Shown piece after piece: positions 40,970 to 50,163 of a stretch of 50,163 bases of DNA. Source of the DNA: Phycisphaerales bacterium. GTDB lineage: Bacteria > Planctomycetota > Phycisphaerae > WQYP01. Location of the stretch: contig DAIDJN010000006.1 of NCBI GenBank assembly GCA_027451365.1, positions 1 to 50,163 of the forward strand. Reading direction: 5' to 3'. A model generated the notes under the pieces. That model was not told the origin of the DNA. It did no database searches and saw nothing but the letters and a program-made list of their open reading frames with translations. Numbering within the stretch: position 1 is the first letter of the stretch; each line of letters begins with the position of its first letter. A program made the translations under genes and the position numbers.

Positions 40970-42106
40970 ATGACACAAACACCAACACGCATAATAGACC
41001 ATGGCGACCACGTGCATGAATTACCTATTCTGGACGACGGTTCGCCACCGCTCAACCCCTGGTTCAGTGCGCAAAGAGTTTTGTTGTATTTTGTGATAGG
41101 CATTGTGCTGATATGGCTGGCCAGCGGATTTTATCGCGTCGGAGTTGGCGATGTGGCACTTGTGCAGCGTCTGGGCAAATTCCTGACCACGGCCAATGGC
41201 AAACCGCTGATTATTTCAGCGGGCTCCCATTACCATCTTCCGTGGCCCATTGACAAAGTCTTTCCGGTGCAACTGCAGCGCGAACAAAATCTGATTGTGC
41301 GGGATTTTCATATTTCTCCGGCCGCCAATGCGCCTCTGGAACACAAAATGATGCAAGAGGGCATGCCCCGCCGCCTGTTTGATGCCATTTATAATCCCTA
41401 TCTGATCACCGGTGATGAGAATGTGATTCACGCATCCATTACCGTGCAATACCGAATATCGGATCCTTACGCCTATTTAACCTCGGTTTACCAGCCCGCC
41501 ACCATGCCGCCGGGACAAGGACGACTGAACATGCTGATGATGATTGCGGCACACCAGCTTATTCTGAAAATCGCGCAAAGCACGGTGGATCAGGCTCTTT
41601 ATTCCGGCAAAACGCTTTTGAACCAGGAATTGTTCAGCCCGGCGCATCCTGATTCCGGCATACAGGGTCAGATCAACAAGCTGGGACTCGGCGTGCAGTT
41701 GGAAAAAGTGCAGTTGAAGAATGTCTCATGGCCGCAGGCCCTGGATGGCCCGTTCACCGCGGTGCTCAATGCCCGCCAGCAGGAGGCGTCGGAAATTCAA
41801 ACCGCCAAGCGCCGCGCCAATCAGTTGATCACACTGGCCCAGGGAAACGCACAGGCGACCATCAATCAGGCCACCGCCGCCGCCAATCAGGTGCTGAATC
41901 AGGCCCAGGGAGAGGCGCTGGCCTTTTCGCGGGTTTACACCCAGTATCTGAAAAGCCCGCGTGTGATTACCTACAAACTGTTAAGCGATACGCTTGGCAA
42001 GGTGATGCAGAATGCGGCCAGAGTGTTCTTCGTGCGCAAAGGGCAGAGAATTCTCATTTCACTGCCGCCACCCCCCCGGAAAATTATCATTCCGGCATCA
42101 CGTTAA
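40970..42106 (+). CDS. SPFH/HflK-like protein
   Basis: WLASGFYRV, QRLGK, HYHLPWPID, LITGDENVI, VQYRISDP, AQGEA. Start at ATG 40970 (track ORF starts at 40928). Confidence 0.88.
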   Translation: MTQTPTRIIDHGDHVHELPILDDGSPPLNPWFSAQRVLLYFVIGIVLIWLASGFYRVGVGDVALVQRLGKFLTTANGKPLIISAGSHYHLPWPIDKVFPVQLQREQNLIVRDFHISPAANAPLEHKMMQEGMPRRLFDAIYNPYLITGDENVIHASITVQYRISDPYAYLTSVYQPATMPPGQGRLNMLMMIAAHQLILKIAQSTVDQALYSGKTLLNQELFSPAHPDSGIQGQINKLGLGVQLEKVQLKNVSWPQALDGPFTAVLNARQQEASEIQTAKRRANQLITLAQGNAQATINQATAAANQVLNQAQGEALAFSRVYTQYLKSPRVITYKLLSDTLGKVMQNAARVFFVRKGQRILISLPPPPRKIIIPASR

Positions 42107-42387
42107 TTCAGTTGGCCGTCCGGTGGAGTGACCGATCAACTTTCCGTGGGTCCTGTCCACAGGTGCATGTGCCCAGACCCGCGCTCAACGAACTTGCGTG
42201 GAGCGCTGCAATCCTTCCAGCATTCGGGTATCATGCCCCGCAAACCTGGCGCAGTGGACTTCACCGCCGATGGTCAGGAAAACGCGGAACCGACGCGCTG
42301 AATTGCAGCCAATTGTGTCACCGGCCCGCGCGGTCGCAGCGCGTGTTGAAAGCGGAAACGCCATTCCGGCTTGAACTGGAGTTTTTC

Positions 42388-43275
42388 ATGGTACCACAGA
42401 ATTTTGCCATTCAGACCCGGCAATTAACTAAAATTTATCCAGGATTCTGGAAAAGCCAGAATGTAACCGCGTTAAGCGAATTGAATCTGCAGGTTGAACA
42501 GGGCCAGATATTCGGCCTGCTCGGCCCCAATGGCAGCGGCAAAACCACCACCATCAAGCTGTTGCTGGGGCTGATAAACCCGACCGACGGCGACGCGCTG
42601 GTGATGGGCCAGCCGGCCGGAGATCAGGACACGCGGCGCCGGCTGGGCTATCTGCCCGAAGAAAGCTATCTGTACCGCTTTCTTAACGCGCGGCAAACAC
42701 TTGATTTCTACGCCCGGCTTTTCAATATGAACCGCGCGCAACGCAAGCGGGCGGTTGATTATTACCTTGACTTCGTGGGACTGGATCCCGCCGTTCGCGG
42801 CCGCCGCATCGGCACTTATTCCAAAGGTCAAACCCGCCGTGTGGCGCTCGCCCAGGCACTTCTAAACAATCCTGACCTGGTGATTATGGATGAACCGACC
42901 AGCGGCCTGGACCCTGTTGGCATGCTGGAAATTAAAAATATGATCATTCGGCTTAAAGAGGCGGGTAAAACCGTTCTGCTTTCCAGCCACCAGCTTGCCG
43001 ATGTGGAAGATGTCTGCGATCGACTGGTCATTCTGTATCGCGGCCGTGTCGAAATAGCCGGCAACCTGACGGACCTGCTGGAATTAAAGGATGTATTTCA
43101 GCTTGAAGCCCGGCAGGTTTCCGACTCCCTGCGGGAACAACTGATCGCCCTGGCCCAGCAGGGCGGCGCAAAGGAAGTACAGACCGGTCGTCCGCGTGTG
43201 CGGCTTGAGGACCTGTTCAAGCAGTTGGTGGATTCCAAACGTCGCGGCGAAAAAGCCACCCCGACGGCCAGTTAA
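42388..43275 (+). CDS. ABC transporter ATP-binding protein
   Basis: GPNGSGKTT, YSKGQTRR, IMDEPTSGLDP, SSH. GGAG before ATG 42388. Confidence 0.93.
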   Translation: MVPQNFAIQTRQLTKIYPGFWKSQNVTALSELNLQVEQGQIFGLLGPNGSGKTTTIKLLLGLINPTDGDALVMGQPAGDQDTRRRLGYLPEESYLYRFLNARQTLDFYARLFNMNRAQRKRAVDYYLDFVGLDPAVRGRRIGTYSKGQTRRVALAQALLNNPDLVIMDEPTSGLDPVGMLEIKNMIIRLKEAGKTVLLSSHQLADVEDVCDRLVILYRGRVEIAGNLTDLLELKDVFQLEARQVSDSLREQLIALAQQGGAKEVQTGRPRVRLEDLFKQLVDSKRRGEKATPTAS

Positions 43276-43319
43276 AATTCCGCGCTGCCGGAATTCCGCC
43301 CGCTACGGGCGTAAGCAAT

Positions 43320-45347
43320 ATGGAGTATACGATGCCCCACGGAACAGGCATTCATTATGTCACGCTATTCGCGGATTCGGTCATTGGTCTGCTGATTGTG
43401 GCCTTTATTCTGCTGGCATTCCGGGATGTGTTGCGTCTGAGAACGGGTCTTTCACGAGCCTGGGCCATCGGGCGGGTATCCCTGCTGGACGCCTGGAGCG
43501 CCCGCATATGGGTCCTTCCGGTGATCTGGCTGTTTATTTCCCTGATTCTCTGTTTGGCGATCGTGCGCGGCTACACCCCAGGCAGCAAGGTGCGACTGGA
43601 CCTGACTATTTTTCTGCGGGCACAGGAAGTTCTCCTGCTGGTGTACCTGGGAATTCTGGCCTGTCTGGCGCTGCCGCGCGAACGGGAACGCCGTACGCTG
43701 ATCACCACCGGCGCCAAGCCCATTTCCCGTCTGGAACTGCTGCTGGGAAAGGTTTTCGGATTATGGGCCGCCGGGCTGGTACTGCTTTTGGCCATGATGT
43801 TGCTTACCTGGGGCTATATGACCCTTGTGGACGGAAAAATCCGTTCGGATGCCCGTGTGTTGTATCAGCAGGAAAAGCATGGCTATGAAAAAATGATCCG
43901 CCGGGTGCCTCCGCAGCCGGGACTGCGGCTTCTGGCGGAAAACGGCGTGCTTCAGGCGCAGAACAACCTGACCGGCACACTGCGAATCGCCGGGCAGATA
44001 CACTATTCATCAAATCCACCCCGGCGCGAACTCAAAGGTGGAAGCAGTGAAACTCTTTATTTTGAGTTTCCATCACTTCCGGCTTCGTTTGAATCGCCGC
44101 CGGTGATTCTGTTTAATTTTGGCGTGGTATCCTATGCGCCTCATCCCGGTCCGGTGAAAATTCATTGCACGCTGGTCTCGCGTGCCAACCCCATGACCAC
44201 CGAGGAAAAATCTCTTACGCTGGACCAGAATGGGACCGCGGAGTGGTTTGTGAAACATACCTCCGGCTTTTTCAGCTATCGAAACCCGGGCACCGGCGCG
44301 CTGTACAATCCGGGGCCGGTGGTCATACGGGTAACCTGTACAAACCCGATGGTCTATCTGCGATTTTTTAACGGCGTGCATAAGACCGGGGGCATTCCGC
44401 ACGCAAGCTGTTATGTCGCGGGTCTTGATCCAGACCGTACCGCCAACCACGCAGGGTATGTATTCCCTAAATCCAATCCGATTATCACCGGATTTAAGAG
44501 CAACGGAAAGCAGGAAATTGTCGGCCCCAGCTACCGGCACCCGGGCATTCCGCCGGAAGTAGCCTCGTTTGAATTCAAACACCTCAATCCGCTTACGATT
44601 CCCACGACCAAAAACGGAATGTTTACGGTCAACCTGATGATCGGCGTGGACAAACAGGAAAATGAACAGCTTCCCGCCCTTGCGGCGCTTCAGGCCTATA
44701 CCACCACGGCTCCGCGGGACCGGACAACTCTGCAAAACATCCGGATCGATGAAAAGCATGTCACGCCGATACAGCTTCCGCGAAGTCTGCTGAGCCAGGG
44801 GGGGAGCCTGGTTATCACGCTGGTCAGCGAAGTTCCCGGTCACTGGCTGAAACTGACACCCGATTCCGTAGCCATTGTCCGGCCCGCATCGCCGTTTATT
44901 ATCAATCTGGCGAAAAGCGAACTGGTGATTTTCTGCGAAGTGGCATTGCTGATAGCGATTGGTGTGGTGGCCGGCACGCGTCTGGGCTGGCCGGTGGCGC
45001 TGCTTACAACCATGGTCTGCTATATGCTGGGCAACTTGTTCTCCTTTATCGCGCAATTGCATGCGGCCAACGGATTTGAACTGCTGAATTATGTTGAAAA
45101 CAACAAACTTAAGGGGGTCTGGTATTACCAGATCGGATCAATCATATCCGCCGGCATGACCAAAGTGCTTTATATTCTGGTGCATCTGTTGCCCGACTTC
45201 ACCCGCTTTAACGCGCTGCACTTTATCGTGCGGTCCCTGAACATGCCGTGGCAAATTCTGGCAATCAATATTTTCTGGACCCTGGTCTGCGCCCTTCCCA
45301 CGCTGGCACTGGGGTATCTGCTGCTGCGAAAACAGGAGCTGGCTTGA
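43320..45347 (+). CDS. ABC-2 type permease with large extracytoplasmic insert
   Basis: LPRERERRTLITTGAKPISRLELLLGK motif; TM clusters at both ends flanking about 350 aa of beta-rich sequence. Confidence 0.8.
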   Translation: MEYTMPHGTGIHYVTLFADSVIGLLIVAFILLAFRDVLRLRTGLSRAWAIGRVSLLDAWSARIWVLPVIWLFISLILCLAIVRGYTPGSKVRLDLTIFLRAQEVLLLVYLGILACLALPRERERRTLITTGAKPISRLELLLGKVFGLWAAGLVLLLAMMLLTWGYMTLVDGKIRSDARVLYQQEKHGYEKMIRRVPPQPGLRLLAENGVLQAQNNLTGTLRIAGQIHYSSNPPRRELKGGSSETLYFEFPSLPASFESPPVILFNFGVVSYAPHPGPVKIHCTLVSRANPMTTEEKSLTLDQNGTAEWFVKHTSGFFSYRNPGTGALYNPGPVVIRVTCTNPMVYLRFFNGVHKTGGIPHASCYVAGLDPDRTANHAGYVFPKSNPIITGFKSNGKQEIVGPSYRHPGIPPEVASFEFKHLNPLTIPTTKNGMFTVNLMIGVDKQENEQLPALAALQAYTTTAPRDRTTLQNIRIDEKHVTPIQLPRSLLSQGGSLVITLVSEVPGHWLKLTPDSVAIVRPASPFIINLAKSELVIFCEVALLIAIGVVAGTRLGWPVALLTTMVCYMLGNLFSFIAQLHAANGFELLNYVENNKLKGVWYYQIGSIISAGMTKVLYILVHLLPDFTRFNALHFIVRSLNMPWQILAINIFWTLVCALPTLALGYLLLRKQELA

Positions 45348-45348
45348 C

Positions 45349-46815
45349 ATGACCACACCCGCACCGATTCCAACATCACCCAAGCCGGCATCCGTGCCGC
45401 GGTTGAACCTTGTAGCCTCCATGCGCAGCCGCGCGCGGCGTGACCAGCTTGTCTGCCTGATCATCGCGATTCTGCTGTTCATCGGAATCTTTGCGATTCA
45501 GCCCTCACTTCATGCGCGCCGCGCCGCGCTGGTGCAGCGGACCGCCAACGCCAAAAACGTTGGTCATCTGCTGTTGACGTTTCCGCGGCTTGCGCTGGGC
45601 GGATTCCGCGGCGTCCTGGCGATGGTGCTCTGGGAGGACGCCGAAAGTGACAAGAACAATCATAAATGGCGGCCACTGGAAACGGATTATCAGGCTATTG
45701 CCACCATTGAGCCATATTTTGGATCCGTGTACATATTCAACGCTTGGAATATGTCTTACAACCTTTCGGCCCAGTTTCATTCCATGAACACCAAATACAA
45801 ATGGGTGCTCGACGGACTGGTGTCACTTTACCATGGTGAAAAATTTGTGCCCAACAACGCCAATGTCATCATGAATGAAGCCAATGATTATTTTCTGAAA
45901 CTTGGCACGAGCTTTGAACGCAAATATTACTCCCCCCGCTGGCGCTACGACATTGCCCATCTGTACCGGTACGATCCGAAAAAGATTTCCTCCAGCTCAA
46001 GCTCACTTGGCGAAGTCTATTATCTGGTGACACGCCCGGAATTTCATTGCAAACTGCTTAAGCCCCTTAACGGCCATGGCCCAGTCGGGCATGGTGTGAA
46101 AATTCATGGAATGACCTATCGCTACGGCCTTAGCCCGTTTTATTTCGCCTGGTGCGAATACAACCGAGCCTTGCATCAGCCCAAGCTTCCCACGGACATG
46201 GGCATTGAAGTTCTGCATTCCTGGAAGCCGATGTGTCTGCGGCTCTGGTGCCGGGATGACTGCTTTTATGCCCAGCGCCTGACCAACCGTATTTTCAATG
46301 CGGACACCGAAAAGAAAATGCTGGTACATTTTCCGGCACGGGTGGAAAACATTCACGACTGCTACCGCAACATCAAAATCAACGCGCCGCGAAGCATTCA
46401 TGAATTTCAGGTATTTCTGCAAAAATATCCCGATCAGCGGGCCGTGCATCGGTCGCATATTTATGAAGTGCGCTTTTATCAGGCCCTGGCCGCTGCCGAA
46501 GGAACATTGTTCCAGGGACTGGTTCAATGGCAATTGAACCATCGGCAGTTCCGCCTGGGAGACGCCGCGGACCAGAAACTTGCCGCGGCCGTTCCGCTTT
46601 ACGAAAAGGCCATGGCCGCGTATGAAAGCTATCTGAACGTCGCCTTTCCACCGGCCCGCAACGGCCAGATGAACCCCGGCCTGAAAGGACAGCGTAAATA
46701 CCTGCGCGCCATGCGGGCAAGAATTGACGGCATAAACTCCTTCCGCCTGACAGCCGCCCACCATAAGCCCGATATGAGCTTCCTGCAGCCGGTAACGCTT
46801 AGCTACAGCGATTAA
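45349..46815 (+). CDS. Membrane-anchored helical hypothetical protein (LGGFRG...AWNMSYN family)
   Basis: One N-terminal TM. LALGGFRGVLAMVLW and FNAWNMSYNLS resemble planctomycete proteins I recall being loosely labelled IRE-like. Starts 1 nt after the permease stop. Confidence 0.6.
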   Translation: MTTPAPIPTSPKPASVPRLNLVASMRSRARRDQLVCLIIAILLFIGIFAIQPSLHARRAALVQRTANAKNVGHLLLTFPRLALGGFRGVLAMVLWEDAESDKNNHKWRPLETDYQAIATIEPYFGSVYIFNAWNMSYNLSAQFHSMNTKYKWVLDGLVSLYHGEKFVPNNANVIMNEANDYFLKLGTSFERKYYSPRWRYDIAHLYRYDPKKISSSSSSLGEVYYLVTRPEFHCKLLKPLNGHGPVGHGVKIHGMTYRYGLSPFYFAWCEYNRALHQPKLPTDMGIEVLHSWKPMCLRLWCRDDCFYAQRLTNRIFNADTEKKMLVHFPARVENIHDCYRNIKINAPRSIHEFQVFLQKYPDQRAVHRSHIYEVRFYQALAAAEGTLFQGLVQWQLNHRQFRLGDAADQKLAAAVPLYEKAMAAYESYLNVAFPPARNGQMNPGLKGQRKYLRAMRARIDGINSFRLTAAHHKPDMSFLQPVTLSYSD

Positions 46816-47041
46816 GCATGATGCGCCGATCCATCGTTGACCCGCATTTTTGCGACACTGCGTCAGTCAATGGGGTGTTCGACATAATTCCCGCCGGACT
46901 TTGTCCTGCCCCACCGGTGTTGCAGGTCGCCTTGGGTACAGTTTAAAGCATGCGGGCAAAACGCCCTGGCCCCGGCCCGTCGGCAATCAAAAGCATGGTA
47001 AAATAGCGGCACTTGTACAGGCGATCGTCAGGAGTAACGCC

Positions 47042-49984
47042 ATGCCGTTGAACGCCGACATAGAGCAGAACATTCATCGTCTGGGTGATGTGATTTTGCG
47101 TGAAGCCCGTCACCGTCGCCGTGCGTCACAACAACATCGCGAAGCGTTTCTAAACCGCCTGCTGAGCGACTCTGCGCTCAAAACGCAGGTGTTACGCCTG
47201 GTGGATGTGCTGCCGTCATTGACACATGACCGGCAACTGGCCGAACATCTGGATATATATTTAGGATCGCAGGAATTGCCAATCCCATGGCCCCGCCTGG
47301 CGAAATGGGGACTCCATAAAGCTCGAAAGGGCGCCGCCGCCCATCTGATCGCCGCCGCGGCCCGCCGGTTAAGCCGCAAAATGGCGATGTCCTTTATCGC
47401 CGGGGAAACTGTGGATCAGGTGGAACCTGTGCTGCGGCGAATCTGGCGGAATGGAATGGATTTTTCTCTGGATATTCTTGGTGAAGCCAGCACGGGGGAA
47501 TCCACCGCCACCGCTTATCAGGATTCTTACCTGAAATTAATTCCAGAATTAAATCGTCGAATTCGAACCTGGGCCGTCCGCAACGCGCCTGGCGGGAATC
47601 AAAAAGAACCACGGGTGCATGTGTCGGTCAAGCTGTCGGCATTGTATTCGCAGATACGACCGGCAGATCCGGACGGCAGCGTAAAAGTCATTAAAGATCG
47701 CCTGCGGCGCATTGTTTCCGCCGCGGCTCTTGCCGAGGCGTCGGTCACTGTGGATATGGAACAATATGATTACCGCACGATTACACTGCGGGTATTTCAG
47801 GAACTGCTGGAGGAAAAAGAATTCCGTGAATTCCGCGGGGCCGGAATCGCGGTGCAGGCGTATCAGATTGATGCAATGCAGATCGTTACAAATCTGATTT
47901 CCTGGGCCAAGGTCCGCGGCACGCCGGTTACCATCCGCCTGGTGCGCGGCGCATATTGGGATTATGAACGTGCCGTGGCAATGCAGCATTCCTGGCCGGT
48001 GCCGGTTTGGGAAACCAAGGCCCAGACCGACGCATGTTACGAGCAATGCCTGGAACAATTGCTGAATAATCATCCGTTTGTCCGCACTGCGATTGCCACG
48101 CACAATTTGCGAAGCATCTGCGCCGGGGCGGCAATAGCGCGGGCGAAGGGGCTGGCCGTGGAGGATTTTGAATTTCAGATGCTGTATGGCATGGCGGATG
48201 ATCTGGCCGCTTCACTGGTAGACCGTCACTTTACCGTGCGGCTATACGCCCCGATGGGGCCGCTGCTTCCGGGGATGGCCTATCTGGTGCGCCGCCTGAT
48301 GGAAAATTCATCCAATGAATCGTTCCTGAAGCGAGCTTATACGGATTTGCCCGCGGACCAGATTCTTTTCCCGCCTGATTTGCGGCCCGCCAATTCTTCA
48401 CCACCCCCTCCGAAAGGCGATGACGGCTTCACTCACCTGCCGCCGCTGCGGCCGGCAATAACCTCGCAATATTCAGCATTTGCCGAAGCATTGGATCAGG
48501 TGCGGGCAGCCGAACCGGTTGGTGTTTATCCCGTGATCAATCATAAGGAAATGATCCGTCCGGCAACGGGCGAATCGGTGAATCCGAGCCGGCCGGACCG
48601 GATTGTAGGAAGAATTTCCAACGCTCAGGTTCAGGATGTGCACTCGGCTGTGGCTGCCTCCGTGGAAGCCGGTGCCCGCTGGCGCTGTACACCGCCGCGG
48701 GAACGGGCCGCCCTGTTGGACAAAGCCGCCGGGGTGCTGGCGCGGCGACGCCACGAGCTTGCGGCCTGGGAAATTGTGGAAGCCGGCAAGCCGTGGATGG
48801 AAGCGGATGCGGATGTGTGCGAAGCGGTGGACCATATCCGCTATGCGGCTTTTGGCGCGATGCGGTTTCTGGCCAGCCGCAACATGGACGTGAGTGGTGA
48901 ATCGAATACATACACATATCATGGAATTGGCCCAGCGGCCATTATTGCGCCATGGAATTTTCCCCTGGCCATTCCCGCCGGAATGGCGGCGGCGGCATTG
49001 GCGGCGGGCAATCCCGTGCTGATCAAGCCCGCTCCGCAAACGCCTGTAACCGCATGGTGGCTTTGGCAGGCGCTGCTTGAGGCTGGCTTTCCGGCCGGCA
49101 CAATCGGTTTTCTGCCGGGTGGCGACGACATTGGCCGGGCGCTGGTCGAACATCCCGATGTGGCCCTGATTGCGTTTACCGGATCTGAGGCGACCGGGCG
49201 GCGGATTATATCCGCGGCCGCCGCGCCCGACAGGTGCCATTTCAAACGCGTGATAGCCGAAATGGGCGGAAAAAATGCGATTATTGTGGATGATGACGCC
49301 AATCTGGATGACGCAATTCCGGATATCATCGCCTCGGCTTTTTCATACGCAGGCCAAAAATGCAGTGCCTGCTCTCGACTGATTGTGCTGGAGAATGTGT
49401 ACGACTCGCTGATGGGAAAACTTATGGATGCCGCCGCCAGCCTGCGCATTGGAGATGCCGCGGATTCATCCACCTTCGTCGGCCCGGTCATAGATCAACC
49501 GGCACGGGATCGCATTGCACTGGCGGTGGAACAGGCAAAGTCGGAAGCACACCTGGTTTTTCAGGCCACGGTTCCGCGGAACCTTGACGGCTTTTATATT
49601 CCACCGACTATTTTCGCCGATGTAAATCCGGACAGCATGCTGGCGCAGGAGGAGATATTCGGCCCTGTTCTAGCGGTCTTTCGCGTAAAAAATATTGATC
49701 AGGCGGTCACTCTGGCCAACAACAGCCGCTACGGCCTGACCGGTGGCATCATGAGCCGCAACCCTCGGACAATTGACTTTGTGCGCCACACAATGGCGGT
49801 TGGCAATCTTTACATCAATCGCCGCATCACGGGCGCAGTGGTCAACCGCCAACCGTTCGGCGGTGCAAAATTAAGCGGTCTGGGCAGCAAAGCCGGCGGA
49901 CCCGACTACCTTCTGCAATTCGCACAGGCGAAGGTCGTTACGGAAAACACAATTCGCCGCGGCTTTGTGCCGCCCCAGCCGTAA
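47042..49984 (+). CDS. putA: Bifunctional proline dehydrogenase / P5C dehydrogenase
   Basis: SLDILGE, SVKLSAL, VDME, IRLVRGAYWD, ATHN, FQMLYGM, YLVRRLMEN; ALDH motifs PWNFP, FTGS, EMGGKN, GQKCSAC, EEIFGP. AGGAG before ATG 47042. Confidence 0.96.
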   Translation: MPLNADIEQNIHRLGDVILREARHRRRASQQHREAFLNRLLSDSALKTQVLRLVDVLPSLTHDRQLAEHLDIYLGSQELPIPWPRLAKWGLHKARKGAAAHLIAAAARRLSRKMAMSFIAGETVDQVEPVLRRIWRNGMDFSLDILGEASTGESTATAYQDSYLKLIPELNRRIRTWAVRNAPGGNQKEPRVHVSVKLSALYSQIRPADPDGSVKVIKDRLRRIVSAAALAEASVTVDMEQYDYRTITLRVFQELLEEKEFREFRGAGIAVQAYQIDAMQIVTNLISWAKVRGTPVTIRLVRGAYWDYERAVAMQHSWPVPVWETKAQTDACYEQCLEQLLNNHPFVRTAIATHNLRSICAGAAIARAKGLAVEDFEFQMLYGMADDLAASLVDRHFTVRLYAPMGPLLPGMAYLVRRLMENSSNESFLKRAYTDLPADQILFPPDLRPANSSPPPPKGDDGFTHLPPLRPAITSQYSAFAEALDQVRAAEPVGVYPVINHKEMIRPATGESVNPSRPDRIVGRISNAQVQDVHSAVAASVEAGARWRCTPPRERAALLDKAAGVLARRRHELAAWEIVEAGKPWMEADADVCEAVDHIRYAAFGAMRFLASRNMDVSGESNTYTYHGIGPAAIIAPWNFPLAIPAGMAAAALAAGNPVLIKPAPQTPVTAWWLWQALLEAGFPAGTIGFLPGGDDIGRALVEHPDVALIAFTGSEATGRRIISAAAAPDRCHFKRVIAEMGGKNAIIVDDDANLDDAIPDIIASAFSYAGQKCSACSRLIVLENVYDSLMGKLMDAAASLRIGDAADSSTFVGPVIDQPARDRIALAVEQAKSEAHLVFQATVPRNLDGFYIPPTIFADVNPDSMLAQEEIFGPVLAVFRVKNIDQAVTLANNSRYGLTGGIMSRNPRTIDFVRHTMAVGNLYINRRITGAVVNRQPFGGAKLSGLGSKAGGPDYLLQFAQAKVVTENTIRRGFVPPQP

Positions 49985-50163
49985 CCGCGCGGTGCATCGT
50001 CCCAAACCGGTGTACAGGGTAACCGCCGGATTGAAGCCCAGATGGCTGCTGGAGAAGTGATTGACTGGCAGACCGCCGCAGGCATGAGGCGTGAATCGGT
50101 TTCCGACACCATGCGCCATCTGGGAAGCCAGATTCACCGACCCGTCTAAAAATTCATTCTGAC

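Noticed and set aside
41728..42387. 220-codon N-terminal extension of the ABC ATPase in the ORF track
   Set aside because: It overlaps the hflK-like gene in another frame. A good RBS and the family-typical start lie at 42388.
1..50163. CRISPR arrays, tRNA/rRNA genes, and the many long antisense or overlapping ORFs (e.g. 36978-38081, 44073-45062, 20694-21503)
   Set aside because: No regularly spaced repeats or RNA gene signatures were seen by eye. The shadow ORFs lie opposite well-supported genes and are typical of GC-rich DNA.

Overview
A roughly 57-60% GC bacterial chromosomal segment, most likely from Planctomycetota, class Phycisphaerae. This assignment is inferred from the MHYP-type L34, the PEP-CTERM proteins with dockerin-like repeats and the style of the RHS core. 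In order, the window holds: the left end and truncated transposase of an IS1202/ISNCY-type element; a SpoIVB/S55-like peptidase plus a beta-propeller/FN3 partner; rpmH (missed by the ORF track); a lipoprotein truncated hemoglobin; an ABC-2 exporter operon; a HEAT-repeat protein; nnrD; a PEP-CTERM protein; a beta-helix protein; a lipoprotein; a small repeat-containing ORF; miaA; an FGGY kinase; a MazG-like gene; trmL; and an RDD protein. An accessory island (about 26-32.4 kb) follows, with a PEP-CTERM gene bracketed by 150-bp diverged direct repeats and two orphan RHS toxin/immunity cassettes. After it come a GH35 beta-galactosidase, an 11-kb cluster (His-rich P1B ATPase, three SPFH/HflKC-like genes, ABC ATPase, permease and an unknown helical protein) and putA. 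I found no rRNA, tRNA or CRISPR array. The best candidates for undescribed biology are the ATPase-SPFH-ABC cluster, the permuted S55 peptidase pair, the exported globin with an apolar distal pocket, the RHS cassettes, the 150-bp repeats and the MAARP-repeat small protein. All calls come from motif recognition by eye; no searches were run.
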